From contig JBJLBP010000001.1 of NCBI GenBank assembly GCA_045568075.1, positions 1,470,001-1,502,000 on the forward strand: a stretch of DNA of 32,000 nucleotides, given 5' to 3'. The position numbers and the translations under genes were made by a program. Positions 25,001 through 32,000 of this stretch are shown piece by piece (positions within the stretch are counted from its first letter, which is position 1; every line of letters begins with the position of its first letter). The notes under the pieces were generated by a model. The model did not search any database. It saw nothing but the letters and a program-made list of their open reading frames with translations, and had not been told where the DNA came from. The stretch comes from Candidatus Thalassarchaeaceae archaeon (GTDB taxonomy: Archaea > Thermoplasmatota > Poseidoniia > Poseidoniales > Thalassarchaeaceae).

Positions 25001-26721
25001 TTGAGTTCGATCGCGTAACCGCTGCTATTGAGGTCAATTCGCATATCGTCAATGAGAATCTCTCCATCTCGAGGTAATCCACTATTGTCAATGTCGAGTC
25101 CAGGTCCGCTGAGCGGATCGTGGACCTCGACAGATAACAATTGCAAATCGATACTATCACGTGCGACGATACCGTGCTGGTCGCCGGACGAGATGCAAGT
25201 GAAGCATGAGACATTCTTACCACCACTCATCACATCATTGGCCTCATCGAAGTATAATCCGGCTCCCTCTTCAGGAGTCGCCGCGCCCAGCCCATTACCC
25301 GAGGTAACGACGTAAGCCAGCTCGACATTGCTCGAATCTCTGACGGCGACCCCGTGGCCAGCATTGTTGTGACTTCGCAGAATTGTGACTTCGGGGTGGA
25401 ACTCACGGAAATCGACTCCACTGGCTCCGTTGTCTGAAGACCACCAATCTTGACCTTGCGCTCCACCCTTCCAAAGCAAAATTCCTGGACCTGACGAATT
25501 AGTGACTACGAGGTCGTTGATTACTGGCGCCCAATTGATACTGCGCATGAATAGGCCAGCTTTGTCATTAATCGGCACGTTTGCTAGAGGTTTGCCGTTA
25601 TTGTCCAACTCGAGTCCATTGATGATGGTAGAAGAGCCAATCAGATATGCTTTGAATCCGACAACAGGATTGTCCTCGATGAGTGCGTTCTCGACTATGA
25701 CACCGCTGGTATTGATTTCGAACGCGGCCATTCCGAGCCCGGGCGTCTTGGCGTTCGGGCCGCCTGTTCCGCGCACTTCGAGGTCAACGAAGACCGCGTG
25801 CGCGGGTAAGTTGGAAAATTGACTGTGATTGTATTGCTCAATCATTACACCTCGGTACATGCTGTCCTCAATGACCGTCCTATGGAAAGTAGGACGGGTA
25901 ATCCATCCTGAGGTGATGTGTCGAACGTAGATTCCGTTGTCATTCCTTTCGATATTGACATCGGTGATCAGCGGGCGCGAATCTTCGATCCACATAGCAG
26001 CCCCTACAGCGAGGGTCGCACCCGAGACATTGGTGATTTCAACATTCGATACCATTCCACCAGAATTTCCCCAGTAATTGATACCCCGACTGATGAGTCC
26101 ATTGACGGTCAGTCCATCGACTATAGGCGCTGAATAGGCGCCAACTGAGAGTCCGATACCGTATCTCCAACTATTCGAAAAGCCGTGTACATCTTGACCT
26201 CCCCCCTCGATGACAAGGTCGTAGATACGTGGCGTGGCGCTATCGAAGAGATCCACCGCCACGCGGTCGGCATTCTCGACTCTGACATTGCTTAGAACAG
26301 GATTCGAGCCGTAAATCGTAATTCCATACTCAGCATCAATAATAGTCAAATTATCAATCGAGGAACCGAGACCTTGGCTGGATTGATTGAACACGAACCC
26401 GTCGTGATTTCCAACAATCGACTCCAGCACGACGGGACTTGTCTGAGTTCCTTGAATCGTAATTCTCCCATCTACTGTGATGTCCTCGTCAGCACCGAGG
26501 CGAATCGTCGTCCCAGCCTGTACTACCAATACATCCTGAGCCCCGACTGTGTAGCCATCCTGCAGGATGACCGTTCCCGACCAAACCGTCGTCGTCTTGC
26601 CAGTCGCAGCATTGGCTGCAAGTGGAAGTGTGGTAGACAGCAGAAGCACTGTGATGATACTGAATGCGAGGCGGCGGTTGTTGTCGAGCCTCGCGCGCAT
26701 GGCTCTATCGGCTCGTCCCAT
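22045..26721 (-). CDS. Giant surface protein (1558 aa): signal peptide, right-handed parallel beta-helix region, about 6 PKD/Ig-like modules plus a terminal Ig-like module, C-terminal TM anchor, short acidic tail
   Basis: Signal peptide LAFSIITVLLLSTTLPLAANA. Irregular G/N/V/I-rich beta-helix-like repeats run over aa 45-700 (about nt 24622-26589). PKD-like modules cover aa 790-1385, each with ..LDGSxSxDPdgDxlxFxW..-type cores. TM LPYFIGVLVILILAGMA (22150-22200) is followed by YQKKR. Confidence 0.85.
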   Translation of the reverse strand: MGRADRAMRARLDNNRRLAFSIITVLLLSTTLPLAANAATGKTTTVWSGTVILQDGYTVGAQDVLVVQAGTTIRLGADEDITVDGRITIQGTQTSPVVLESIVGNHDGFVFNQSSQGLGSSIDNLTIIDAEYGITIYGSNPVLSNVRVENADRVAVDLFDSATPRIYDLVIEGGGQDVHGFSNSWRYGIGLSVGAYSAPIVDGLTVNGLISRGINYWGNSGGMVSNVEITNVSGATLAVGAAMWIEDSRPLITDVNIERNDNGIYVRHITSGWITRPTFHRTVIEDSMYRGVMIEQYNHSQFSNLPAHAVFVDLEVRGTGGPNAKTPGLGMAAFEINTSGVIVENALIEDNPVVGFKAYLIGSSTIINGLELDNNGKPLANVPINDKAGLFMRSINWAPVINDLVVTNSSGPGILLWKGGAQGQDWWSSDNGASGVDFREFHPEVTILRSHNNAGHGVAVRDSSNVELAYVVTSGNGLGAATPEEGAGLYFDEANDVMSGGKNVSCFTCISSGDQHGIVARDSIDLQLLSVEVHDPLSGPGLDIDNSGLPRDGEILIDDMRIDLNSSGYAIELKDVNAMIGGLDLSGNNGGVYWSAGDDYTSSLSSSTISGIGGTCFDLVDHTELLVHNLGLACSTGSRPSIESSFVNLTDSGFISGSAHETTFHLEASSHVRWISSGSISEPSFGESDSILDIMWFIEAHAVNQLSRHIPLAEVNISFESWESEESTSLPYRGFETLGPFVGARWIPSQGWSQDNIAYVGCDYDGIHNDTAAVTLDADLVVYCRLDLSNQPPFIIWTTPEDEAEFPSGSSVILDAAASWDLDDDPLTFTWTSGLDGDLHTSCFGTLPAGDNGSYFVTNNPPETADGCLSDGEQEITLEVCDSENHCVSETRTIELFNRPPSLSVSTSPGISSWGIMHLGRTANATISLDGSSDPENDPLTCWIETNYGFSTPTDEGCPMLFDLAFPGAPTQFTLTIHLSDGNNPDVTWSFDVRLFNEIPVAEFDVLRAGETSAHVVYLDGTMVSDPEGDEVRFEFWSDLDGLLAEGTTPDFTIEWQGWLTKGFHTITMYTSDDRSAHSNTWNSASTQVRVNNSAPAAVIAQPADQILTDSGEIIRFDSTGSGDWDLACGDLPDNGSGFVCSPTAASSNDLVSVVWTSDRLLEPIGSGWVLDARLPKGYHTVTLTVDDGSGNADSTSIVVRVEESAPILVLDSPIPDAEVYSNGPVLFDFRRSFDPDGDDFTVTVTSNLLLEPILEDKTTEYWYNDYLPAGEHELTFELRDSTNRVRTHTQTLIVMETGPVAVIDGLLDGQYISPGTELTLDGTQSYDYDDDIVLYQWTTNDGTMLGDRDIIEVTFNPGLIRIDLLVKDSRGITSTTSVNLTIGSSSPSLSNMQIDPMEIDLDESTLVTITVRLEDPDGTTQVVLGVMKEGGDELPLTFQDDGMRGDETADDGIWTYVGTWRIEDPGWVKIEVWAIDGEFSSPALVEVLTVEEPQSTNLLTWLMGSGLPYFIGVLVILILAGMAYQKKRSEAIQRDLDMIESWSTFNPRELDDEFDED

Positions 26722-26861
26722 TCGTTGTATTGTTTCCCCCCAGTTGGTAGGTTAGAGCATCGTCGTAAATGATTGGAAACACCATGTCATGCAGAATCGA
26801 ACAACATCTGCGTAGGAGTCATAAACGGTCAGTCGAGCGGCTGGACACAGAGGTCATTACC

Positions 26862-27095
26862 GTGAGCACCGCCTTCGTTCTCATCAAGACAAAACCGATG
26901 ATGGAATCGCAAGTCTACCAAGCGCTTCTGGCGCTCGACAATGTCGTCGAAACTCATGTCGTTTACGGTGAGTACGACCTTGCGGCGCGTATCGATTTCA
27001 GCGATGATAAGGAGATGTCAAAGATGCTCATTGGTGAATTTCGAAAGATTCCGGGAGTCGAGCAAACCGAGACTCTAATCGCGGTGGAGGTGTGA
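26862..27095 (+). CDS. Stand-alone Lrp/AsnC ligand-binding (RAM) domain protein, copy 1
   Basis: Core is AFVLIKTKP...VVETHVVYGEYDLAARI...KIPGVEQTETLIAVEV. I prefer the in-frame GTG at 26862 (GAGGT 7 nt upstream), which gives 77 aa, exactly the length of the paralog. The listed ATG at 26769 would add 31 aa with no HTH. Confidence 0.7.
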   Translation: MSTAFVLIKTKPMMESQVYQALLALDNVVETHVVYGEYDLAARIDFSDDKEMSKMLIGEFRKIPGVEQTETLIAVEV

Positions 27096-27098
27096 AAG

Positions 27099-27332
27099 AT
27101 GTCGGTCGGATTCGTACTCATCAGCACCGATCCTGGTCGCGAAGTAGAAGTGCGTGACGCAGTCTCTAATGTGTCCTGTGTAAGCGGGCAGTGGATCGTT
27201 TTCGGAGTTCACGACCTATTTGTCAAGGTAGAAGCCGAAGACGAGGCTGAACTTACTCGCTGCATCGTCAAAGACATCAGGTCAATCGATGGAATCTCTG
27301 AGACTCGCACATTGATTGGCGCACAGATATGA
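27099..27332 (+). CDS. Stand-alone Lrp/AsnC ligand-binding (RAM) domain protein, copy 2
   Basis: Core is GFVLISTDP...WIVFGVHDLFVKV...SIDGISETRTLIGAQI. 77 aa. GGAGGTG (27086-27092) lies 6 nt upstream, and the gap to copy 1 is 3 nt. Confidence 0.75.
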   Translation: MSVGFVLISTDPGREVEVRDAVSNVSCVSGQWIVFGVHDLFVKVEAEDEAELTRCIVKDIRSIDGISETRTLIGAQI

Positions 27333-27376
27333 AGATCGGCTGGTGCCGCTTCACTGAATTGCATCTTACTCTTTGT

Positions 27377-29530
27377 TCAGAGTGAACGCGTTAGTCGAAG
27401 CAGCAATTCGGCTGCGGCAGCGGGACATTCTGCCGACTTGAATCGACTGATGGCTTCCCGCCAATGAGAGAGTCGCATCGTCGGTTCGAGGACTCCTCTC
27501 CAGTACCACCGCTGGGCGACGATACGACGATGGGAGGCGATATCGGCGCGTAGTGGCGAGGTAGCGACTGTGCCGTGGGAACGGGTCAGCCACTCCGGAG
27601 GGTTAGGTGAGGTTGCTTCGAGCGCAGCGTGAATCGCTCGTATGCGCTCGATATCATCCTCTGATGATTCGATGAATTCACGCGCCGCATCGAGGGCTCC
27701 TTCCGCATTTGCCGAGATGCGTGCGCGCAGATCGATGAGAGCTAGTCGCGGATGTTCTTCACCCATCTGAGCGACGAGGGAGGAGCGGACATTGGCCGCG
27801 ATTTCGACGCTACCAGACTCGATGGCGACCGCGTGGCGAAGGAGATCGAGGGCTAGACTTGCTGAGGCACGGGCAGACTCGGGAAGTCGGGTAATGTCGA
27901 CGGTATCGATGGCTGCTTGGTTAAGCTTCGTTGGTTGTCCAGGTAGGCGGTCGTCATGACTTCGGACCAGAGATGCAATCTCTGCGCGGACGGCTTCTGA
28001 AGGAGAGAGGTCTGCAAGCGCTTCCTGTTCGAGGGAATCTGCTGCTGCAGTATCTCCACGCAACCTCGCGAGTCGAGCCTCACGCATGCGCTTCTGAGGG
28101 CTATCTTCAGTCAATTCGATGTGCTGCGAGGCGATTACTGACTCACCTCGCTCAAAGGCGAGATCTATTGCGGCGATTCTCAGAGAATTTTCTCCGCTCG
28201 CCTCTACCGCGTCCTCAATCAGTACTGCCGCCGCTGCACTATCCTCTCTTGATATCGTAGCGACGCTCTCCGCGAGCCACTCAGAATCAAGTTCCTCACC
28301 GGAATTGAGTCGATGATGAGCTTCCATTCTTCGGGCTCGAGTGCCATCTCGCTGGGACCAGAATTCAGCGCCGCGCGAGTGAATATCCTGAGCCACATCG
28401 GTCGCGATTGTGGCTCGTCTGACGTTTCGAATCAGATGATGAGGTTCGACCAGTTGGTCCATCCAGCGAAGAACCGCCGACTCATCGAGTTCGACGGTGC
28501 CGTCTCCCTGAGATAATTCCGCTATGGAGAGAGGCACCGGTGCGAGGCTGAGTTCATCCAAGGATGCAAGTCCAGCCTCGCTTAATCGGCGAAGCACAGT
28601 ACTCTGAACAAATTCCTGAACTTCCTGTCCTTCACCGGGAACATCCTCCTCTGGCGACCACAGATGAAGTGCCAAAGGGTGGCCGCCGAGAGCTTCGACG
28701 ACCTGCTCGGCAATCTCTGCGTCTACTCCATCAGCGAGCAGTTCAACCGCCGCATCGCTCTCCAGTCCATCGATTCTGACTTCCTCAAATCCACCTAGGG
28801 TCCCAAATGGGCTAGGAGCCCTAACAGAGACTAACACACCTGTCGAATACTCAGTACAAGCGGCGAGTAGGGAAGTCACTCCCTCGAGGTGACGCTCGTG
28901 CAATTCCTGTACCTCGTCGAGAATGATAACGGTCTTTTGGCCGGTGGCCGCGCTAGCGATTGCGGAAGGATCGCGCGGCCCTCCACCATCGAGCCACTGC
29001 GAACCTATGGTAGCAGCGTCAGAATCTGAATCACAAGTTGCCCAGCGCACGCGGAAGCCTCTCTCAAGCAGCGCTCCGGCTACTGCGCGGGCAAGGCTGG
29101 TTTTGCCGATGCCGGGCAAGCCGCTCAACTGCAAATTACTGCCAGCGAGTAACTGCCCGACCAATGAATCAACAACGGCATCGCGCCCATGAAGATGAAT
29201 CGGATCTGGCATCGGCCCAAGTGCGCGACCAGTGGCTTCTGGCGGACTACCCTCAGCCGCCAACGCCTCCGCTCGCTCACGACCCTCGGGAGTAAGATGG
29301 ATGACGCTTCGTCGCCGTGAACCACCACCGATTACATGAGCCGAACGAGTCCAAACCAATCCAGACGTTTCCAATTCTTTCAACGGAGTATGAATCGCCG
29401 AGCGAACCACTCCCAAATGCTCGGCTAAACCGGGTAAAGACAGCGTTCGAGGCACATCCCAAGCGGTCTCTACCTCGGTACCAAAATCAGCCAAACGCAA
29501 CAATAAGCGTCGCTGCGTCTCGCTCAGCAT
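27377..29530 (-). CDS. STAND-class NTPase: N-terminal wHTH, NB-ARC-like P-loop module, C-terminal helical (TPR-like) region
   Basis: wHTH is LSLPGLAEHLGVVRSAIHTPLKELETSGLV...IHLTPEGRE. Walker A GLPGIGKTS (29096-29122), Walker B VIILDEV, LVSVR, and a GGHPLAL motif (28667-28687) resembling the NB-ARC GLPLAL signature. About 400 aa of Ala/Leu/Arg/Glu-rich helical sequence follows. Confidence 0.75.
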   Translation of the reverse strand: MLSETQRRLLLRLADFGTEVETAWDVPRTLSLPGLAEHLGVVRSAIHTPLKELETSGLVWTRSAHVIGGGSRRRSVIHLTPEGRERAEALAAEGSPPEATGRALGPMPDPIHLHGRDAVVDSLVGQLLAGSNLQLSGLPGIGKTSLARAVAGALLERGFRVRWATCDSDSDAATIGSQWLDGGGPRDPSAIASAATGQKTVIILDEVQELHERHLEGVTSLLAACTEYSTGVLVSVRAPSPFGTLGGFEEVRIDGLESDAAVELLADGVDAEIAEQVVEALGGHPLALHLWSPEEDVPGEGQEVQEFVQSTVLRRLSEAGLASLDELSLAPVPLSIAELSQGDGTVELDESAVLRWMDQLVEPHHLIRNVRRATIATDVAQDIHSRGAEFWSQRDGTRARRMEAHHRLNSGEELDSEWLAESVATISREDSAAAAVLIEDAVEASGENSLRIAAIDLAFERGESVIASQHIELTEDSPQKRMREARLARLRGDTAAADSLEQEALADLSPSEAVRAEIASLVRSHDDRLPGQPTKLNQAAIDTVDITRLPESARASASLALDLLRHAVAIESGSVEIAANVRSSLVAQMGEEHPRLALIDLRARISANAEGALDAAREFIESSEDDIERIRAIHAALEATSPNPPEWLTRSHGTVATSPLRADIASHRRIVAQRWYWRGVLEPTMRLSHWREAISRFKSAECPAAAAELLLRLTRSL

Positions 29531-29555
29531 ATACCTTGAGCGAGGCCATCAGTTC

Positions 29556-31313
29556 ATGGGCGTTGACCTCCACCGAGTCTCCCCCATGGCAGTCGATTCA
29601 GCCTCGCTCGACCTCCCCCGCAAGCCCGGAGTCTACCTTTTCAAACGGGCCGACGGGCGAGTGCAATACGTTGGCAAAGCAACGAATCTGCGCGCCCGAG
29701 TGAGATCCTATTTTGCAGCCAAGCAAGATCGAGATAAGGTCCCGAAATTGGTCGCAGAATCGGATGACGTCGAATATATTGTCACCCAAACTCCTTCCGA
29801 AGCGTTGATCCTTGAGCGACAGTTGATTCGTAAGCACAAACCTCGATACAACTCGATGTTGATGGATGACAAATCGTATCCATTCATCGCGCTCACTTCT
29901 CACGAACATCCTCGGGTTATGTACACCCGAAACCCCCCCACTGACGCACAACGCTGGGGACCCTTCCCCGATGCGGGGGCTGCGAAACGGGTTATTCGAT
30001 TGCTGAGGTCTCAATTCGGCATCCGTGACTGTCCTGAATTGCTGCCGAAGGGATGCCTGGCGATGCACATTGGGCTGTGTCATGGTCCGTGCATCGACCC
30101 GGAGGGTTATGATGAGCAGATTAGGGCCGCCCGCGGTGTCCTCAATGGCGATGCGGGCGTGCTAATCGAGGCCTTGCAAGTTGAGATGGATGCGGCCTCT
30201 GCAGAACTTGATTACGAGACCGCCGCTTACAAGCGTGATTTGATCGCGGTGGTCAATTCGACCGTGTCGCAGCAAGTTATCCACTCACGATTCTATCAGG
30301 ACTGTGACGCGGTCGGCTTCGCAGCCGTCGGAGACGTGGCGGTAGTGTTGATTCTCCACACGCAGGAAGGCGTCATCCAAGGACAGGTCAGTTATCCGGT
30401 GATTCACCGGGGAGATGTGGTCGCTTCGGTGTCTCTAGTGCTTTCAGAGCATTACTCAAACCGTCGGCCTCCGAAGACTCTGCTCGTGCCTGCGCCACTG
30501 ACTGACTCGCTGGGGGATTGGTTGGACGAGCGGCGAGGAACGAAAGTGACTGTTCGCAATCCGCAGCGCGGCGAATTGGCCAAGCTGCGGAGGATGGCTG
30601 ATGCGAACGCCGAGATTCAAGCCTCTCGTCAATCGACTCGGCGTTCGGGCAGCCTTGAACAGGCTGCTGCTGACGAAGCCGTGCGAGTGCACGGCTTCGA
30701 CTCACTCGATCACATCGTCTGCTTCGATATGGCTCAAATCCAAGGCAAGGAGAGGGTAGGGGCTGCAGTGGTTTTCCGCAATGGACGACCGAGTAAGAAG
30801 GAGTACCGAACCTATCGAGTGAAAACCGACGTTCAGGATGATTTGGCGATGATGCAAGAAGTCGTTGAACGATGGTTGAAGCGTCAACAAGAATGGCCTG
30901 ACCTATTACTACTCGATGGCGGTGAGACACACCTCAAGCACGTGATGGATATGCTCGCAGTGCACGGTTTATCGGATAGATTTCCGGTCGCTGCACTAGC
31001 CAAGAAGGAGGAAACTCTGTGGCGACCGCAGGTCGATTCAGTAGTACTAGACCGGCGATCGAGAGTACTTGTCCACGCACGTGATGAGGCTCATAGATTC
31101 GTCAATACCTACCACCGGAAGCGTCGCTCAAAGGGCGGTTTGAAGAGTCCGTTAGAAGAGGTGGATGGATTGGGTGCGAAGAAGATTCAGGGGTTGTTGC
31201 GCCACTTTGGAGGAATGAAGGGAGTCGAGCATGCGACCGAGGCTGAATTGTCAGCTGCTACAGGAATTGGGCGTGCTCTAGCCCGACGTATACATTCTCA
31301 CCTGCACGGCTGA
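29556..31313 (+). CDS. uvrC: Excinuclease ABC subunit C (UvrC)
   Basis: GIY-YIG N-terminus (PGVYLFKRADGRVQYVGKATNLRARVRSYF), UVR-like helix (DYETAAYKRDLIAVV), and a C-terminal (HhH)2 (VDGLGAKKIQGLL...ATGIGRALARRI). Met at 29586 is an alternative start. Confidence 0.9.
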   Translation: MGVDLHRVSPMAVDSASLDLPRKPGVYLFKRADGRVQYVGKATNLRARVRSYFAAKQDRDKVPKLVAESDDVEYIVTQTPSEALILERQLIRKHKPRYNSMLMDDKSYPFIALTSHEHPRVMYTRNPPTDAQRWGPFPDAGAAKRVIRLLRSQFGIRDCPELLPKGCLAMHIGLCHGPCIDPEGYDEQIRAARGVLNGDAGVLIEALQVEMDAASAELDYETAAYKRDLIAVVNSTVSQQVIHSRFYQDCDAVGFAAVGDVAVVLILHTQEGVIQGQVSYPVIHRGDVVASVSLVLSEHYSNRRPPKTLLVPAPLTDSLGDWLDERRGTKVTVRNPQRGELAKLRRMADANAEIQASRQSTRRSGSLEQAAADEAVRVHGFDSLDHIVCFDMAQIQGKERVGAAVVFRNGRPSKKEYRTYRVKTDVQDDLAMMQEVVERWLKRQQEWPDLLLLDGGETHLKHVMDMLAVHGLSDRFPVAALAKKEETLWRPQVDSVVLDRRSRVLVHARDEAHRFVNTYHRKRRSKGGLKSPLEEVDGLGAKKIQGLLRHFGGMKGVEHATEAELSAATGIGRALARRIHSHLHG

Positions 31314-31323
31314 CTTAGCAATG

Positions 31324-31701
31324 TCAGACTAGGTCGCTTTGGTCGGACCACCAGCCCTCTTCCTTACCATCCTCAGGCTGGGGCGGCTGCTCGATGACAA
31401 TTTTCTCCTCTAATTCGCCCATCTGCGCGGCGAATTCCATCTCGAGCATCTGCTCTTCTACGACGTCCTGAGCATCCTTCTGCGCGCTCTTGCGTTCGTC
31501 GCGGCGACGCTTCCATCTACTAACTGCAAGTCCCAAGAAAACTACGATGGTGAAAATGTACGGAGCCACCTCGCCGAGAATCAAAACGTAACTCACCTCG
31601 GCGCTCCATTGAATCGTATCGTGTTCACGATAGCATTGATTCCAAGAATCGGCTGTGGGACAGACCGGAGTTCGATAGACTATGACTTGGAAGTCCTCCA
31701 T
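31324..31701 (-). CDS. Membrane-anchor segment (extracellular stub, TM, basic/acidic cytoplasmic tail); possibly the C-terminal part of the upstream partial gene
   Basis: TM APYIFTIVVFLGLAV is followed by SRWKRRRDERK and an acidic tail. It overlaps the upstream ORF by 77 nt in another frame. Confidence 0.5.
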   Translation of the reverse strand: MEDFQVIVYRTPVCPTADSWNQCYREHDTIQWSAEVSYVLILGEVAPYIFTIVVFLGLAVSRWKRRRDERKSAQKDAQDVVEEQMLEMEFAAQMGELEEKIVIEQPPQPEDGKEEGWWSDQSDLV

Positions 31702-32000
31702 GTTCCTGAATCTCCCCCAGACCCTTCTCGCTCTCGAAGGAGGTCAATCGCACGGTATCAGGCATGGTAATCTGCAAGCGTGCGGAACTGCGAATCGTCC
31801 CCCACAACGTATTCTCCATGATTGGGGGGATAATCGAATGGAAGACCGCCCCTTCTATGCCGACACCGAAGTCTGAGAAGATGAAACCGAGGTCGCTCAG
31901 CGCTGCCACAAATGGGTTCGCTTCGATGGCCGCGGGAGCCACGCTGACCCTGACCTCATTTCCTACCAGTGCGATGGTCAGCGAGGCAGAGTCTATACTG
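31625..32000 (-). CDS. 5'-partial ORF of unknown function (probable extracellular protein), continues beyond the window
   Basis: The frame stays open from 31999 through the listed GTG at 31942 (SIDSASLTIALVGNEVRVS-VAPAAIE...). Its last 25 or so codons look low-complexity, consistent with a frameshift into the 31324-31701 frame. Confidence 0.45.
   Translation of the reverse strand, partial: SIDSASLTIALVGNEVRVSVAPAAIEANPFVAALSDLGFIFSDFGVGIEGAVFHSIIPPIMENTLWGTIRSSARLQITMPDTVRLTSFESEKGLGEIQEHGGLPSHSLSNSGLSHSRFLESMLS

Noticed and set aside
26769-26861. 31-codon N-terminal extension of the first RAM-domain ORF
   Set aside because: The extension is too short for an HTH domain. It would leave only 47 nt for two divergent promoters. 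An in-frame GTG with a good SD gives a protein of exactly the paralog's length.
27377-29530. STAND NTPase as an Avs-like antiviral defence protein
   Set aside because: Not adopted as the primary call. The N-terminal domain is a wHTH rather than a nuclease, protease or other effector, and there are no neighbouring defence genes. It remains an alternative to test.
1-32000. CRISPR arrays, rRNA genes, IS elements or prophage
   Set aside because: No spaced direct repeats, rRNA-like sequence, or transposase, integrase or capsid-like ORFs were seen. The only non-coding gaps are 180 nt or shorter.
1-32000. Haloarchaeal origin, suggested by the very acidic proteins
   Set aside because: The acidity is concentrated in secreted or repeat proteins and tails. 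Cytoplasmic enzymes are only moderately acidic, and GC is far below typical Halobacteria. The taxon is left as a marine euryarchaeon inference.

Overview
This is a compact archaeal chromosome segment, roughly 95% coding and about 50-58% GC in the lines I hand-counted. Archaeal origin rests on RadA, a Hel308/Ski2-type helicase, a Cgi121-like KEOPS subunit and an initiator-type tRNA-Met (A1:U72, GGG/CCC closing the anticodon stem). A bacterial-type UvrC, Shine-Dalgarno-led starts and giant acidic Ca-binding surface proteins fit a mesophilic marine euryarchaeon, possibly Poseidoniales/MG-II-like; that taxon call is my inference. Housekeeping genes: hel308, cgi121-like, radA, tRNA-iMet, pyrC-like dihydroorotase, uvrC, an M29-like aminopeptidase coupled to thiamine pyrophosphokinase, a PaaI thioesterase and an AstE/AspA-family deacylase. 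A Zn-ribbon/PepF/MFS unit looks like an operon. Accessory/envelope content: three type-I anchored surface proteins (a TSP3/Cys-repeat protein, a 1558-aa beta-helix+PKD protein, and a possibly frameshifted one at the 3' edge), a lipobox beta-propeller protein, a membrane-anchored double-wHTH regulator, GT4 and GT2 glycosyltransferases, an AI-2E transporter, two stand-alone RAM-domain proteins and a wHTH-NB-ARC-helical STAND NTPase. I saw no rRNA, CRISPR array, transposase/integrase or recognisable defence nuclease. Best candidates for something undescribed: (1) an exact 16-nt element shared by the hel308 and radA leaders, with extra direct and inverted core copies at radA, which may be a recombination/repair operator; (2) the wHTH-NB-ARC STAND regulator, convergent with the RAM pair and divergent from uvrC; (3) the TM-wHTH / small membrane ORF / beta-propeller lipoprotein trio. 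All functional calls come from motif recognition by eye; no database search was run.
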